A program made the translations under genes and the position numbers. A stretch of DNA of 55,081 nucleotides from positions 650,916 through 705,996 of the forward strand of contig NC_068985.1 of NCBI RefSeq assembly GCF_001194135.2, read 5' to 3'. Below the pieces are notes generated by a model. The model was not told where the DNA came from. It saw only the letters and a program-made list of their open reading frames with translations, and did not search any database. The stretch is from Octopus bimaculoides (taxonomy: Eukaryota). Of the stretch, positions 1 through 12,390 are shown one piece after another. Position 1 is the stretch's first letter, and the number at the start of each line of letters is the position of its first letter.

Positions 1-240
1 GGCACATAAAAGACACCATTTCGAGCGTGGCCGTTTTCGTGCGGGTGACACGTAAAAGCACCCACCACACTCTCTGAGTGGTTGGCGTCAGGAAGGGCAT
101 CCAGCTGTAGAAACTCTGCCAAATCAGACTGGAGCCTGGTGTTGCCATCCGGTTTCACCAGTCCTCAGTCAAATCGTCCAACCCATGCTAGCATGGAAAG
201 CGGACCTTAAACGATGATGATGATGAAGATGATGATGATG
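1..240 (+). mobile_element. RTE-clade LINE 3' UTR ending in (GAT)n tail, little-decayed copy
   Basis: Motif GAGTGGTTGGCGT.AGGAAGGGCATCCAGCTGTAGAAAC...CCAACCCATGC.AGCATGGAAA then (GAT)n. The same UTR follows RT-tail coding sequence at 22850-23650 and 1775-2470. Confidence 0.8.
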
Positions 241-933
241 TCCTTTTAGCAGTGAATGAGGACTTCAACATGTAAATTTCCTACATGGCTTAAACAGGAA
301 TATTGCGGAGTCAATTAAATTACTAATAGTTGGATAATTTTTTTTTAATCAAACCAGAAGTGATGGAAAGAAAAATAATTTTTGACTAGTTCTAAACATA
401 GAACAGAGTGTGAAGAATAAGATAATAATTATTTTGTCTCATAACCTCATCTTTAGACCATTTTTTAATATTTACATTTACACAACATTTTGGTCATTTT
501 GAACTCTGATCTAAATTTGAGCTGGGAACCTTTATTTATGAAATAATGACATCAAAATATGCATCAATGTTCTGTTGGATAAGAGAGTTATTTGTTTTAG
601 TTTACAGATAAAGATGAGGTTAAAAGTGAAAACAATTAATATTGTGTTAGTAACAACCTTTCTTAGCCATATTAACAGGGTGAAGAAGCTTTCTACTAGA
701 ACTCATTCAAGTGTGGTGCTTTATTGTTTCTGGAAGTTTACTGCCTGAGGCTCACCAGTATCATAAAAGAGATTAGTACTATCGCCAGAAGCATATAAAA
801 TGTTAATAACAAGAATAAAGAAAGAAGAGAGAGAGAGAGAGAGAGAGAGAAAGAAGAGAGAGAAAGAAGAGAGAGAGAGGTGGGGGAGGCACTGTATGTT
901 GGTATTTAGTGTGTCAGTGAGACAAACATCATG

Positions 934-967
<34 letters not shown>

Positions 968-973
<6 letters not shown>

Positions 974-1190
974 TAAGCGTGGCTGTGTGGTAAGAAACTT
1001 GCCTCCCAACATCATGGTTTTGGGTTCAGTACTCCAGCATGGTACCTTGAGCAAGTGTCTTCTACTTTAGTCTTGGGCCAACCAAAGCCTTATGAGTGGA
1101 TTTGGTAGGTAGAAACTGAAAGAAGCTTGTTGTATGTAAGTATGTATGCATGTGTGTGTGTGTGTGTGTGTGTGTATCTTTGTGTCTGTG
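968..1190 (+). mobile_element. tRNA-headed SINE, 5' half with internal (TG)n
   Basis: A-box-like GTGGCTGTGTGGTAAG, B-box-like GGGTTCAGTAC, and body GGCAAGTGTCTTCTACT...GGATTTGGTAG..GAAACTGAAAGAAGC shared with many copies in the window. Confidence 0.8.
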
Positions 1191-1214
1191 TTGGGTGGGA
1201 GACAAAATATGAAA

Positions 1215-1600
1215 TTCACAAGACTCTTTATTCACTATGATTATTTCGACCCATCATGCACTGGGCCCCACAGGTGAGATGTTGTACAAACAACTGGATA
1301 TTCTCAGCTGTGTGTAGCATGAAGATCCACAGGTAGCCCATTGCTCCAGCATATAAGACATTGTAAAACCAAAGCCACAAATCAGACCACAGTGCCAAGA
1401 ACATCCATGCTGTTGATTCAGACGAGGAATTGGTACAGGCTATTGAGAGCAAATGCTGTAAGCTCAACATGCCCCTTGCAAGAGCAAAAGAAGAATGGGT
1501 GATATTGGACCCGAAAATAGTTCAAAAACAGAATGTCTTCATTGGGAACACAAGAAGTTATAGGACGAAACACTTACCTGAAGAGGGTTTCTTCTCTGAA
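1215..1600 (+). mobile_element. possible decayed Gypsy integrase C-terminal region
   Basis: Fragments STHHALGPTGEML and NTRSY loosely resemble the STPH..TG.SPAELL and PRSY motifs of Gypsy integrase tails. Frameshifted. Confidence 0.3.
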
Positions 1601-1774
1601 GACCTTTTGTTGTTCAGCTGTCTTGAGAGTTTCTTATCACTTTTTATCAGAGAGTTTGTCTTGTGTTCTTCTCTTTCAAGATATCAGAATATGATATGAA
1701 ACAATTTTGACTGCTATGTTTACCATGATAAGCAACCATATACTTCAAAAGAAGATCATAGGAGTAATGAAACG

Positions 1775-2470
1775 TCATCAGCATCATCATCATCGTTTGA
1801 CGTCTGTTTTCCATGCTGGCATGGGTTGGACGGTTCGACTGGGGTCTGGGAAGCCAGGAGGTTGCACCAGGCTCCAATCTGATCTGGCAGTGTTCCTACA
1901 GCTGGATGCCCTTCCTAACACCAACCACTCCGAGAGTGCAATGACCATGATCAGTTGGTGCTTTTTACGTGCCACCAGCACCGGAGCCAGTCAAGGCAGC
2001 GCTGGCATTGGCCATGTTTGGATGGTGCTTTTTATGTGCCACTGGCACGAGGATCGAACTACAATTTCCAGTTGATTTTCATTTTCATGTACTTGACTCA
2101 ATAGGTCTCCTCATGCATGGCCCTATGATCCAAGGTACTTTTGAATGGGTTGGTTATGCAAAACTGGTGTAGGTTACAGCTGTGAACTCACTTTATTTGC
2201 CAGGTCTTCTGAGTCACAGTATATCTCCAGAGGTCTCGGACTTTTGCCATTGCCTCTGTGAGGCCCAATGTTCAAAGGTCATGTTTCACCACCTCATTTC
2301 ATGTCTTCCTGGGTCTACCTCTACCCCGGATTCCTTCAACTGTTTGGGAGTGGCACTTCTTCACACAGCTCTCCTCATCCATCTGTAGTACATGACCATA
2401 CCAGCACAAACGTCTCTCTTGTACACCACATCTGATGCTTCTTATGTCCAAAATGTCTCTCAGAGGCGCC
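1775..2470 (-). mobile_element. RTE LINE 3' end (RT C-terminal tail plus 3' UTR)
   Basis: ORF 2299-2484 LRDILDIRSIRCGVQERRLCWYGHVLQMDEESCVKKC...GRGRPRKT, followed by the family UTR and (GAT)n tail. Confidence 0.85.
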
Positions 2471-2699
2471 AACAGTGAAATCAATTGGAACTCAGCACAT
2501 GGATGACTGCTATTCTATAAACTTGGCACTGTTATTGGATTATGGAATTGGTGGTTTTGTTTCGTTCTGTTTCCTTTGAGTAAAACATGGATAAAAAGTG
2601 TTTCAGCTCTGAGCATTCTATTTCTTGCCCCATATACCATGTAATGAGATTGAACCCTGAACCATATGGGAATAGCCATGCATATAATCTATACCTACA

Positions 2700-3000
2700 C
2701 CTATGTCCTCATCCTCATCATTGGTTAACGTCCATCTTCCATGCATGCATGGGTAGGACGGTTGACAAGAGTTGGCCAGGTAGAAAAACTACCCTAGGCT
2801 ACTCTGTGTCTGTTTTGGCAGGAATTTTACAACTGGATGCCCTTCCTAGCACCAATCACTCCATAAAGTGGACTCTGCGTTTTTTTGTGGCACTAGCACA
2901 AGTGAGGTTAGTTTTGTCAAGATTTTACAGCTGGATGCCCTTCTAAACGCCACCCATGTTATAGTATGGAGTGGATGCTTTTAATGTGGCCCCAGAACTG
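2700..3000 (-). mobile_element. decayed RTE-family 3' UTR
   Basis: TTCCATGCATGCATGGGTAGGACGG and two CAGCTGGATGCCCTTC-like motifs, the reverse complement of the UTR at 1-240. Confidence 0.7.
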
Positions 3001-3235
3001 GCAGGGTAACCAAGTAACTCACAAGACAAGGATTTATGGGAGGGGTAGAGCATATGAGGAGAGGAACTTGTGTCAGAGGATGAAGGGTTAGAGTGTGACA
3101 AAGCGACATAGACCAGAGGGGCTATTGGAAGAAGTGATCCGGTATCAAATGATGAAAGATTAGAGTGTAACAGGGAAATAGAGAGGCAGAAATAGGTGTC
3201 TTGCTATAGAGGAGGTACAAGGTTATCCAGTGTGT

Positions 3236-3282
<47 letters not shown>

Positions 3283-3292
3283 NNNNNNNNNN

Positions 3293-3358
<66 letters not shown>

Positions 3359-4540
3359 TATGTGTGTGTCTTGACATTGCATGACGAGTGCCACCATGAT
3401 GCACGAGTGTTGTTTATTTGCAATCTTCTGTGAAAACATTTCCTGCTTTGGGGGAAAATGTTACTTTTCTTAGAGAACAGGTGAGTTAGTGACAAGAATG
3501 GTACCTGGCCATAGAAAATTTGAATCTCTCTGACCAGTGTGAACATGGAAAAGTGGAAAGTACATGATGATGATGATGATGATGACAGTGATGAAGATGA
3601 GGATGTTGATCTACATTGGACAAAATACACTTGCACTGCATATATTCACGGGGTTCTGTACAAAAACAAAGTTCTGAGTGTGTGTGTGTGTTTGTATATG
3701 TAGATTCTCACTTATAGATCTACATACACATGTGCATCTCTAAACTGAATATAGTTCAATATACTACTGTGAGGAATATGTATGTATATTTGGATCTGAA
3801 GAAAGAAGTTTTTTATACCCCCCCCCCCTCACCACCACTCACCAAACATAAAACTAATTACAAAACAACAATTACTACTACCACTACTACTAACATCATG
3901 AAGCTTATTTTCAAATTTTGTCGTCAATTATAGGATAATTTTCCCCTTTATCTTGTTTATCACATTACTTTATTGAAAATCATTCAGTTTAGTTCCATAA
4001 ACTACATTAGTGAACCTATCAACTTTACTTACCTTTTCAGAAGAATTTTTTAATGTATAGGTTTAATACCTGAATCTAAGTCTTTGATCTATGTCAGGTA
4101 AAAGCCTCTTAAAATTTACTGAGACTAAATATTACCGCAGGGAAAATTAGTCAGAATTTTGGTTTTAGATATTTATCTTTGATTTATAGCAGTCAGTAAA
4201 AGTCAGTTAATTCATTAGTTTAGTGGCACCATTAAAGGTCTTAATGGTTATTTCCCAGACTTATACCAGACAAAAAGAATGAACCTGTGTATCCTAACTT
4301 TGCGGGAAGAACAACCATCCAAAAACTTCCAAGTTAGAATGGTAAAACCAGTTTCTTCATTATTTATGATTTGTTGTTTCATTCTGCTCTGAATTCTATG
4401 GATTAGCAAGGGTGGACATCAATCAGGACTTAGTCATGTTTCAGAACTGTTGTTGGTCAGCTCAGGCCAAAGCATTTAATATTTGTACGGAAAACTTTTA
4501 CAAGGCCCAGACATGGCTGTGTGATAAGAAGTTTGTTTCC

Positions 4541-4571
<31 letters not shown>

Positions 4572-4582
4572 CATCATCATCA

Positions 4583-4948
4583 GAAATGTGAATACCCGTC
4601 AGAGTGTAAGTATCTTGAGAGAAAAGCTGAACATTAGAAGCATCAGTTGTGGCGTGCAAGAGAGACGATTGCGCTGGTATGGACATGTGGTGAGAATGGA
4701 GGAGGATAGCTGCGTGAAAAAGTGCCACACCCTAACAGTTGAGGGAACCCGTGGAAGAGGTAGGCCCAGGAAGACCTGGGCTGAGGTGGTGAGGCAAGAC
4801 CTTCGTACATTGGGCCTCACCGAGGCGATGACTACGGACCGAGACCTTTGGAAATGGGCTGTGCGTGAGAAGACCCGGCAAGCCAAGTAAGATCGTTGCC
4901 AGTGCCCCTGGACTGGTTCTTGTGCGGGTGGCACATGAGATGCACCAT
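4583..4948 (+). mobile_element. 5'-truncated RTE LINE, RT C-terminal tail; 3' UTR runs into the N gap
   Basis: ORF 4588-4890 LREKLNIRSISCGVQERRLRWYGHVVRMEEDSCVKKC...GRGRPRKTW...DRDLW, typical of the RTE C-terminus. (GAT)n resumes after the gap at 5164. Confidence 0.9.
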
Positions 4949-5349
4949 NNNNNNNNNNNNNNNNNNNNNNNNNNNNNNNNNNNNNNNNNNNNNNNNNNNN
5001 NNNNNNNNNNNNNNNNNNNNNNNNNNNNNNNNNNNNNNNNNNNNNNNNNNNNNNNNNNNNNNNNNNNNNNNNNNNNNNNNNNNNNNNNNNNNNNNNNNNN
5101 NNNNNNNNNNNNNNNNNNNNNNNNNNNNNNNNNNNNNNNNNNNNNNNNNNNNNNNNNNNNNNNGATGATGATGATGATGATCATCCAGTGTTTTAAATCT
5201 GGGTTTTGTCCCCATTAACTGGATCTACCCCAATGCCATAGCAACCACCCTCACACCATCTCGCCATCTTGCCTGGTTTGAGTGTCCTCCTTTTTCACCC
5301 CCCCCCCTCCCAATCTCCTTCCTCACCTGTTCCCTCCATATTTAATCCA

Positions 5350-5712
5350 CCTGCATGGCACTTTGGGCAAGTGTCTTCTACTATAGCCTCAGGGCAATCA
5401 AAGCCTTGTGAGTGGATTTGGTAGACAGAAACTGAAAGAAGCCCATTACATATATATGTATATATACATTATATACATTTGTGTGTGTGTGTCTTTGTGT
5501 CTGTGTTTGTCCCCGCCCCACACTATTGATTGACTAACAGTGTTGGTGTGTTTACATCCCTGTAACTCAGTGGTTCAGCAAAAGAGACTGATAGAAAAAT
5601 AACAAAAACGTAACAAAAATTAGTACTGGTGTTGATTTGTTTGACTAAGATTCTTCAAGGTGGTGCCCTAGCATGGCCATATTTTATTGCCTGAAACAAA
5701 GAAGAGGTAAGT
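5350..5712 (+). mobile_element. tRNA-headed SINE (body and tail)
   Basis: Same body as 968-1190, plus tail GTTGGTGTGTTTACATCCC...CAGCAAAAGAGAC.GATAG...AGCATGGCC...GAAACAA. Confidence 0.8.
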
Positions 5713-6192
5713 GATAAAGATGTCAGATTTTTGTACAACTTTGAAAATTAATTGTAACCAATATTGACTTGAAAAACAATGTTACTGTTATAATGGGATT
5801 TGAAATTGTTATTTAGAAAATTGAGAATGTGCTGAAAGACTAGCTGTCCCTGGTGTTGTGTTTGTCTTTGTTGATAGTTTTCTCCACATAGTTCCATCTA
5901 TTGAAGGGTGCCATGCCTCATTAACTCCAATGGCATCATTTGTTAGTTTGCAGCACTGAGTTCAGTTCCTCCAACAAATCTTTGATTGGCCGTCATTCTA
6001 TCCAGGAAGAGAGTTGGCCTTCAATGATTTATTTTTTCCATCATTCAGAGACAATCACTGATCTTATGATCCCCTGTGATTAAGTAAAATCAACCTTAAA
6101 AGTGAAGCTATACAAGTTTTCATACAACCTGCCTTATTTGTTTGATTGATAGTGAATTGATCTTTTTTTCTGATTTCTTACCTGACACTCAC

Positions 6193-6236
6193 AATTCGTG
6201 GAGACTGAAGATGATGGTAGGAAGCGACAGGTCTTG
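6193..6236 (-). other. candidate 44-bp exon of an unknown host transcript
   Basis: Acceptor atttcatttgttactttaAG, donor AATT|gtgagt (alternative donor CAG|gtaaga 11 nt further). Non-repetitive and CpG-retaining. Confidence 0.35.
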
Positions 6237-6829
6237 CTTAAAGTAACAAATGAAATGTTTAAGAGGTTAAATTTCATGCCTTACGATTCACTAAACTCTA
6301 GAATCGAAAACTGGATACAATTGCTACCTAACTTCACCATATTTAACCTGTCATTGCTGTAGTGTCTTAACCCAAGAACATTTTTCAAAAATCTCTGACT
6401 AACAACTATGTAACTCGCACCACATCAGTTTAAAAAAGCTGGTGAAAGTTAAGATTACTGTCGCCTCTTCTTAGGCCTAAATACAAATAGTTAACTTTGA
6501 ACTAAAAAACAAATCAATAAAATTATCCATGATTTTGTTCAAAGCATCATAGATTAGAATCTGATCACTTAAAATATGTTCTCAGATATTTCGTAGTCTC
6601 TTTAAATCATTTTTTTACATAATATTTTATGGACCAAAGCAGTATTGGTTTATAAAACTGTGTATATTGTAGCTTGATAGTATCATGAGATGATAGTGAC
6701 ATATCAAAAGTATCAAATATGTTGATATTATCAACATGAATGATATTTCATAATATGATAGCAAACACAGAGATGATATAAAATAAGAAAAGTAATGTAT
6801 AATGGAATACACTGTAATAATCCTTTCTA

Positions 6830-7045
6830 GTTTTGGTACAAGACCTGAAATTTTGTGGTAAGGAAGCTTGCTGATGATGTTGATTCCATTATTCAACTGG
6901 TCCTTATTTTATTAACCCCGAAAGGATGAAAGGGAAACCTCAACCTCAGCAGCAATGGAACTTCAGATGTAAAGACAGATAAGATGCTGCTAAGCATTTA
7001 GTCTGCTGTGCTAACGATTCAGTCACCTCACCTGCCTTAGCACAC
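6830..7045 (-). mobile_element. SINE, second family (AGGCAGGTGAG.TG.C.GAATCGTTAGCAC head)
   Basis: Minus-strand head followed by TTTCATCCTTTCGGGG.TAATAAAATAAG.ACCAG. Related copy at 44470-44660. Confidence 0.65.
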
Positions 7046-8512
7046 AAGGTAATAATTTAAAATATATTTGGCATAAGAATGGACATATTAAGGTGGGGTG
7101 ATGGCATAGAAAATCTTGGAGAAATAAATGGTAAAGTTGAATTCAATGCAATTTCTTTATAGAATGTAATATAAAGAAACATAACCTTGTAAATACAGTA
7201 ATGTATTATATCTGAGAGTCTGATATTTTTAAGACATTTAAATCTGTGGTGAAGTGCTAAACATTTAAATGTTTCGGATCACCTAGCATATGTTTGTAAA
7301 TAATCAAATATGTAAATAATCAAACCTAGCATATGTTTGTAAATAATCAAACTTAATCCATTCATTCACGGCATTAATGGATTTTAAGAAGCGTAATAAA
7401 CCTGAGATAGTCCTTTGGATTACTCTGCATTTGTAAACAGCACCACTCTATTCATTGTTATCTGTTATTTATAAAATTCTTTTGTCTGTCTAAAGTTTTT
7501 CCCTAAGTGTTCTGTATGTATATTAGTTAATATATAACACCTCACCCTTGTTTATTAATTATATTAATTTCACCATTAGTTGATACATGTTACCCTACAC
7601 TATTAAGGCTCAGAAGTGAGTGATTGACATTCATTTTACATTGAATTACTCAAAAAGGTTCTTTATAGAAGCTAGCAGTCATTATGGTTGGCCACTACAA
7701 GAGAACCTCTACATTGGTGCTCAACTGACTTAAGACAATTTTTTTAACAAATCACACCTTAGCATTTTAAACAAAGAAGAACACATTGAATAATACGAGA
7801 TACTCAATGCCTAAAAGTACTACAGATTGGTCACAGCTGTAACGCTTTTAAATACATGTTTATTTGATGAAAATCAGAACAAAACTGGGAGTTAAACAAG
7901 AACAGGTTCATTAATATACCAGTTATTAACAGTATTGTTTCAATTCCTAATCCTGTGTCCTTAAAGATTGGATTGATATACACCGTTTTTTATAAACATA
8001 AGGTGTTTAGTATTTTTATACTTGACAGACTTTGCCTAAGTTAACAACGGACACAACAGATGTGTGTTATACAAACTTAGCAGAACTGACTGGAGCTCTC
8101 ATATGGAAAGCAAAATTCAATGAGGACTTTAGTAAGAACTGAACTGTGGACACAGATCATTAACTCCATTTTTACTACACCATTAACCTGTGGCAGGTGA
8201 AAGAGAAAAAAAAACAAAAAAAAACAAAACAAAACAAAACAAAGAAAAGCACATTAGATATATGTAATTCCTGTTCATAATTCAATATATATGTACCTTC
8301 ATGTATTCATGAAACAATTGATTTGAAGGTTTCCATATGGAAAGGATTCATTAATTAATAAGTAGTTTGATACGTACAAACTTACTCTAAATATATGTGC
8401 AAATGTATATATATATATAAACATACACATACACTAACTCACACACAATTACACACACAATTACACACACACACACACACATAAATACATGCATACTTAT
8501 ATTTATAAACTT

Positions 8513-8513
<1 letters not shown>

Positions 8514-8582
<69 letters not shown>
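8514..8582. repeat. (TA)n microsatellite
   Basis: Uninterrupted TA run. Confidence 0.95.
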
Positions 8583-8590
<8 letters not shown>

Positions 8591-8639
8591 TGTATGTATG
8601 TATTTATGTATGCATGTATCTACTTATCCGTTCCTAACA

Positions 8640-9780
8640 TGTTCTGGCAGGCTTAAACCTGAACATGGCTTTCCATTGTACAAGTCGCTGCTTCTCACTG
8701 CTTTCGTTCCCCAAAATCGTTTCATATCAGCTCAGTTATTCCTTATCACTTATCATCAATGATTTCTAGAGATACAAACAGTTGTTCCTGTCCCGCTCCA
8801 GATGACCAGCTGGTGTTTATCACAAAAGGGGCACAAGCACATTGAAACAATGACATCACTTGGGCTAAGTATGGTTTTTACACACACTGTCTGGAATGGT
8901 CATTCTCTGAGACAATATACAACAGTAAAATTCCATGTTCACATTTAAGTCTGTTGGAATGTACACAGCATTGTTTGGGTTCTTGCAGTTTTGCAGGCTC
9001 TCATGAGGAATTTTGTATGCATACCCTCATAGCAATCTTGAAGCTTCTTCTTCATTGTCTTGGTCTCAGCTCCATAGAGAAACATGCTCTCTACTAACGT
9101 AAGCTTTGATGATTGTCAGATGTTTAAAGTTTGTAACAAGCACTCCAGACAAGTCCCTTGCATGTAGAGAAGTCATTCTTACTCTCCACAGCATAGGCCT
9201 CATTGAACTCCTTGGGGTGTAAGCCATCATTAGAATAAATTGGCAGCTTGCTTTCATCCTCATTGATGGTCATGTATTCGATTTTCTTTGCATTGAGAAA
9301 TGAACCGACTTTGATTGCAGCAGTCTCAAGGGATTTTAAGTGTTGCTCATCATTCAGTTGATGAGCCATGAGGACAAGATCATCAACATAGTTAAAGTTA
9401 AACAGGACACACATTCTGCTGATGTCTTTGTCTTGGGCAAGCTAAAACTGTGCCTAAAGATGGAGTTCACTACAATCACAAAATGTAAATGAGCAAAGGT
9501 GTCTACCTAAACAATATCTGCTGTTAAAGACTCTTTTGTTGACCTGTTTGTACTTTGCACAAAGCTTAACAAGTTTCTGTACATAACATTGATAGCTTTG
9601 ACAATCTCATCATGGATACCATAGTTCAACAGGATTCATTAGTCACTCTCAGCGTGAGTAATAGAGTGGCTATATTCATATATGTTATTGGTTATGGCAG
9701 ATAACAACAGGTCAGAATGTTATCAGCAGTTTCATGCTGACTGTTGCACCAAGACAACTTTGATGATCTTCAGATTCAGA
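8640..9780 (-). mobile_element. decayed RTE/RTE-X LINE RT fragment
   Basis: ORF 9124-9414 NYVDDLVLMAH...KVGSFLNAKKIEYM (RT YxDD motif); upstream YPYEIVKAINVMYRN. Confidence 0.75.
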
Positions 9781-9839
9781 TATATTGGCTGGAAGTGTAA
9801 ATCGTCCTTCATGGAGGTGTATATAGAGTCTACATGGCT

Positions 9840-9945
9840 TTGGGTTAGTGAAAAGAAATGGAACCAAACAGTGGTACTAAACCTGGAACCATGTGGTTGG
9901 GAAGCAAGTGTTTTACCACACAGCCACTCCTGTGCCTATATATAT
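9840..9945 (-). mobile_element. SINE head fragment
   Basis: Minus strand GTGGCTGTGTGGTAAAACACTTGCTTCCCAACCACATGGTTCCAGGTTTAGTACC. Confidence 0.7.
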
Positions 9946-10203
9946 CCCAATAGTAATAAAAGGGTAAAATTAATTAATTAATTAATCAATCAATTAATTA
10001 ATTAATTAATTAATAATTAATAATTTTACCAAGTAGTCAGTACATTAAAAATAACCGTTTTAGGTAAAATTATACAAATATTCCATAATTATATACATAA
10101 TTATAATCAAAGGGTCAGCTAATAGTTTTGCCATGAACTGATTTTAGAAATAGGAGCTAAATACCTTTTCTACTACCATAAAGATCTCCCAGACAGTAAC
10201 ACA

Positions 10204-10252
<49 letters not shown>

Positions 10253-10379
10253 AAAAATCTTATAATTATAAGCATAATTATAATTAGGGCTCAGCAAAAA
10301 TTACTTCACCACATACTGAAATTTAGAAATAGCAGTTAAATACTATTCCACTACCATAAGATATCTCCCAGACAGCTGT

Positions 10380-12390
10380 TGCCCTGTTTGCTTTGTCACA
10401 AGCTCTTTGTATTCTACTCCAGTCTTTGTTTCTATATCTAGGGTAGGAACCACTGCAATCATTACGTATAATGTTTATCTAATTTCTTTCTAGCCCGCTT
10501 GTATACTCGAACCTTATCTTTCTGATCATATCCAGAGAACTGCATGCGGTGCATAAAGTTCTATAGTTGTTTCTTTGTTTCATAGGGTTCACAAAGCTGA
10601 GTTCTTGTGAACAACATATTTAGAAGCTATGGGTTTCTTGTTATAGGAGTGGAGGAGCTGCACTCTATTGTTCACAGTCTCCTACCAAAGTTCAGTATCA
10701 AGTACAGGGAGTCTATTGTTGGGGTGCCTAGTGGGGTAATCTATAGTTACCTTGATACTTTGGTGGATAGAGTTAGCTATTTGCTGGATGCTCTCCATTA
10801 CGTTCTTCTCAGTTTCTACTTTGCAGTTACTAGAATTTTTCCTAACTATGATATTAATGTCATCTAAATATCTACTGTAAAGTAGAAGAGTTGTGGACTG
10901 TTCTGCTAACATTTAAGTTGTGGACTGTTCTGCTAACATTTAAGTTGTGGACTGTTCTGCTAACATTTACGTTTTCTGTCCCACCAGGTCATGAAGAGGC
11001 CGGCCACATCTCCAGCTACACCAACGCCGATGACTGCACCTTGAACCTGCATGTATAGTTTATTGTTGAACTTTACTATGTGGTTCTTCAAGGTGGTTTT
11101 TACACTGGCCCCTATTGCATATGCAGTCATTTCTTTCACCTGATTGTTGTTCTCAGTGTTTTGGGTTGGTGCAGTCCAGCCACTCCAGTATTCTGTGGTG
11201 CTTTTCTTCACTGCTGAAGTGATGATGGGTGGTCTTCCCCTCTGTGACCTGATGGGGCAGAATCTACTGAGGTCATGTTCATCTAAATAGTCACTGTCAT
11301 AGCTTAGTCTGAGGAAGAGGCCCAGTTCCCTCGTGTTGACTTCAGGGAACTCCACTTCACTCTCACAGATTACCTGAATGCATTTCTTCACAGCAAAATC
11401 TATGTTTATAGATGGGTAGAGTGAAATCACATGCATACTACCCACCACACAGCCTGTGAGGTCATTAGAGAGGTTGCAAGTACTGATTTTACTAAGGAGA
11501 TCTTCTGTGCTCACACAGACACCCAGAGACATCTCTATAAGAGGTCGTAATACCTGTAAGAGGAAGTTGGACAGTCTATAGTTGCTGGAGACAGTCGTTC
11601 TGCAAACTGGTCTGGTTGGGGGCCCCATGATAGGGTTTATGTAGGGTTTATGGTCTTTGCGTAACCCGTATAGTGTAGGAACATAATTGCTAGATGCTTG
11701 GAAATTGTGTGCCATCTTTATCATAGGTTGGAGTTTGTTGCACCACATTCCCATGCATGCATTGAGTTTTTCCACTCTGTCCTCTTCCTGTGGTGCAACT
11801 TCTCTCATGCTATTGATGTGTTGTTGCATGGTCTGGACATAGTTCTGTCGGCTGTCTATTGACAGTCTGCCAGACTTGTCCATAGGAAGGCACACTAATT
11901 CCCTGTTCCTAATTCGCTGCTTCAGGTTTTGTAGACCTTTGTCCACAGATGAGCTGAGTTAGTGGGTTCCCTCCTCATTATGTCTTTTAGTGGATTTGTT
12001 GTATTGGTCTAAGATATGTCAGAGTCTATTTCTAGGTAAGGAGATCTTTGCTTCTGTTTCACTGTCAATTTGGGGTGGAATACATACCCTTTTGTTGAAG
12101 AGTAAGTCTGTGGGGTAGATCCTCGTCCTGTCATAAGATTTGTTGTTAGGGTTATAGAAGACAGAGTGTAGAGAGTTATTATCGCTGTGGTTGTTGTTGT
12201 TCTAGTTGGTGGTGGTGGTGGTGGTGGTGGTGGTGTTGGTGGTGGTGCTTGTGTTGCGCCTATTGTTATTGTTGTGTGTGTGGTGTTGATGTGGGTGTCA
12301 GTGGTGTTGTTGGTAGTGGTGTGGATGATGTGGTTGATTTTGTTGTCCGTGTGTGGGATGTTGTTGTTGTTGTTGCTATCATCATCGTGA
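10380..12390 (-). mobile_element. Penelope-like element RT, pseudogenised; no GIY-YIG domain seen
   Basis: 328-aa ORF 10960-11946 (LPMDKSGR, GPPTRPVC, SMHVISLYPSI, LYMQVQGAVIG) then YSRYLDD..PVLDTELW (10682-10912) and HRMQFSGY. These are PLE-type RT motifs; frameshifts and stops are present. Confidence 0.8.

Noticed and set aside
1578-1680. Strong minus-strand donor CAG|gtaagt with Lys-rich frame (similar donors near 4031 and 13787)
   Set aside because: No convincing acceptor, or no frame continuity with the candidate exon chain.
3122-3636. Many ORFs rich in HT/CV/YI/poly-I/poly-L
   Set aside because: Translations of microsatellites, here and throughout the window.
10380-12390. Hammerhead ribozyme expected with a Penelope element
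   Set aside because: No CTGANGA...GAAA core with valid stems found by eye near the element. CTGATGA at about 17977 (-) and 43342 (+) also lack proper stems.
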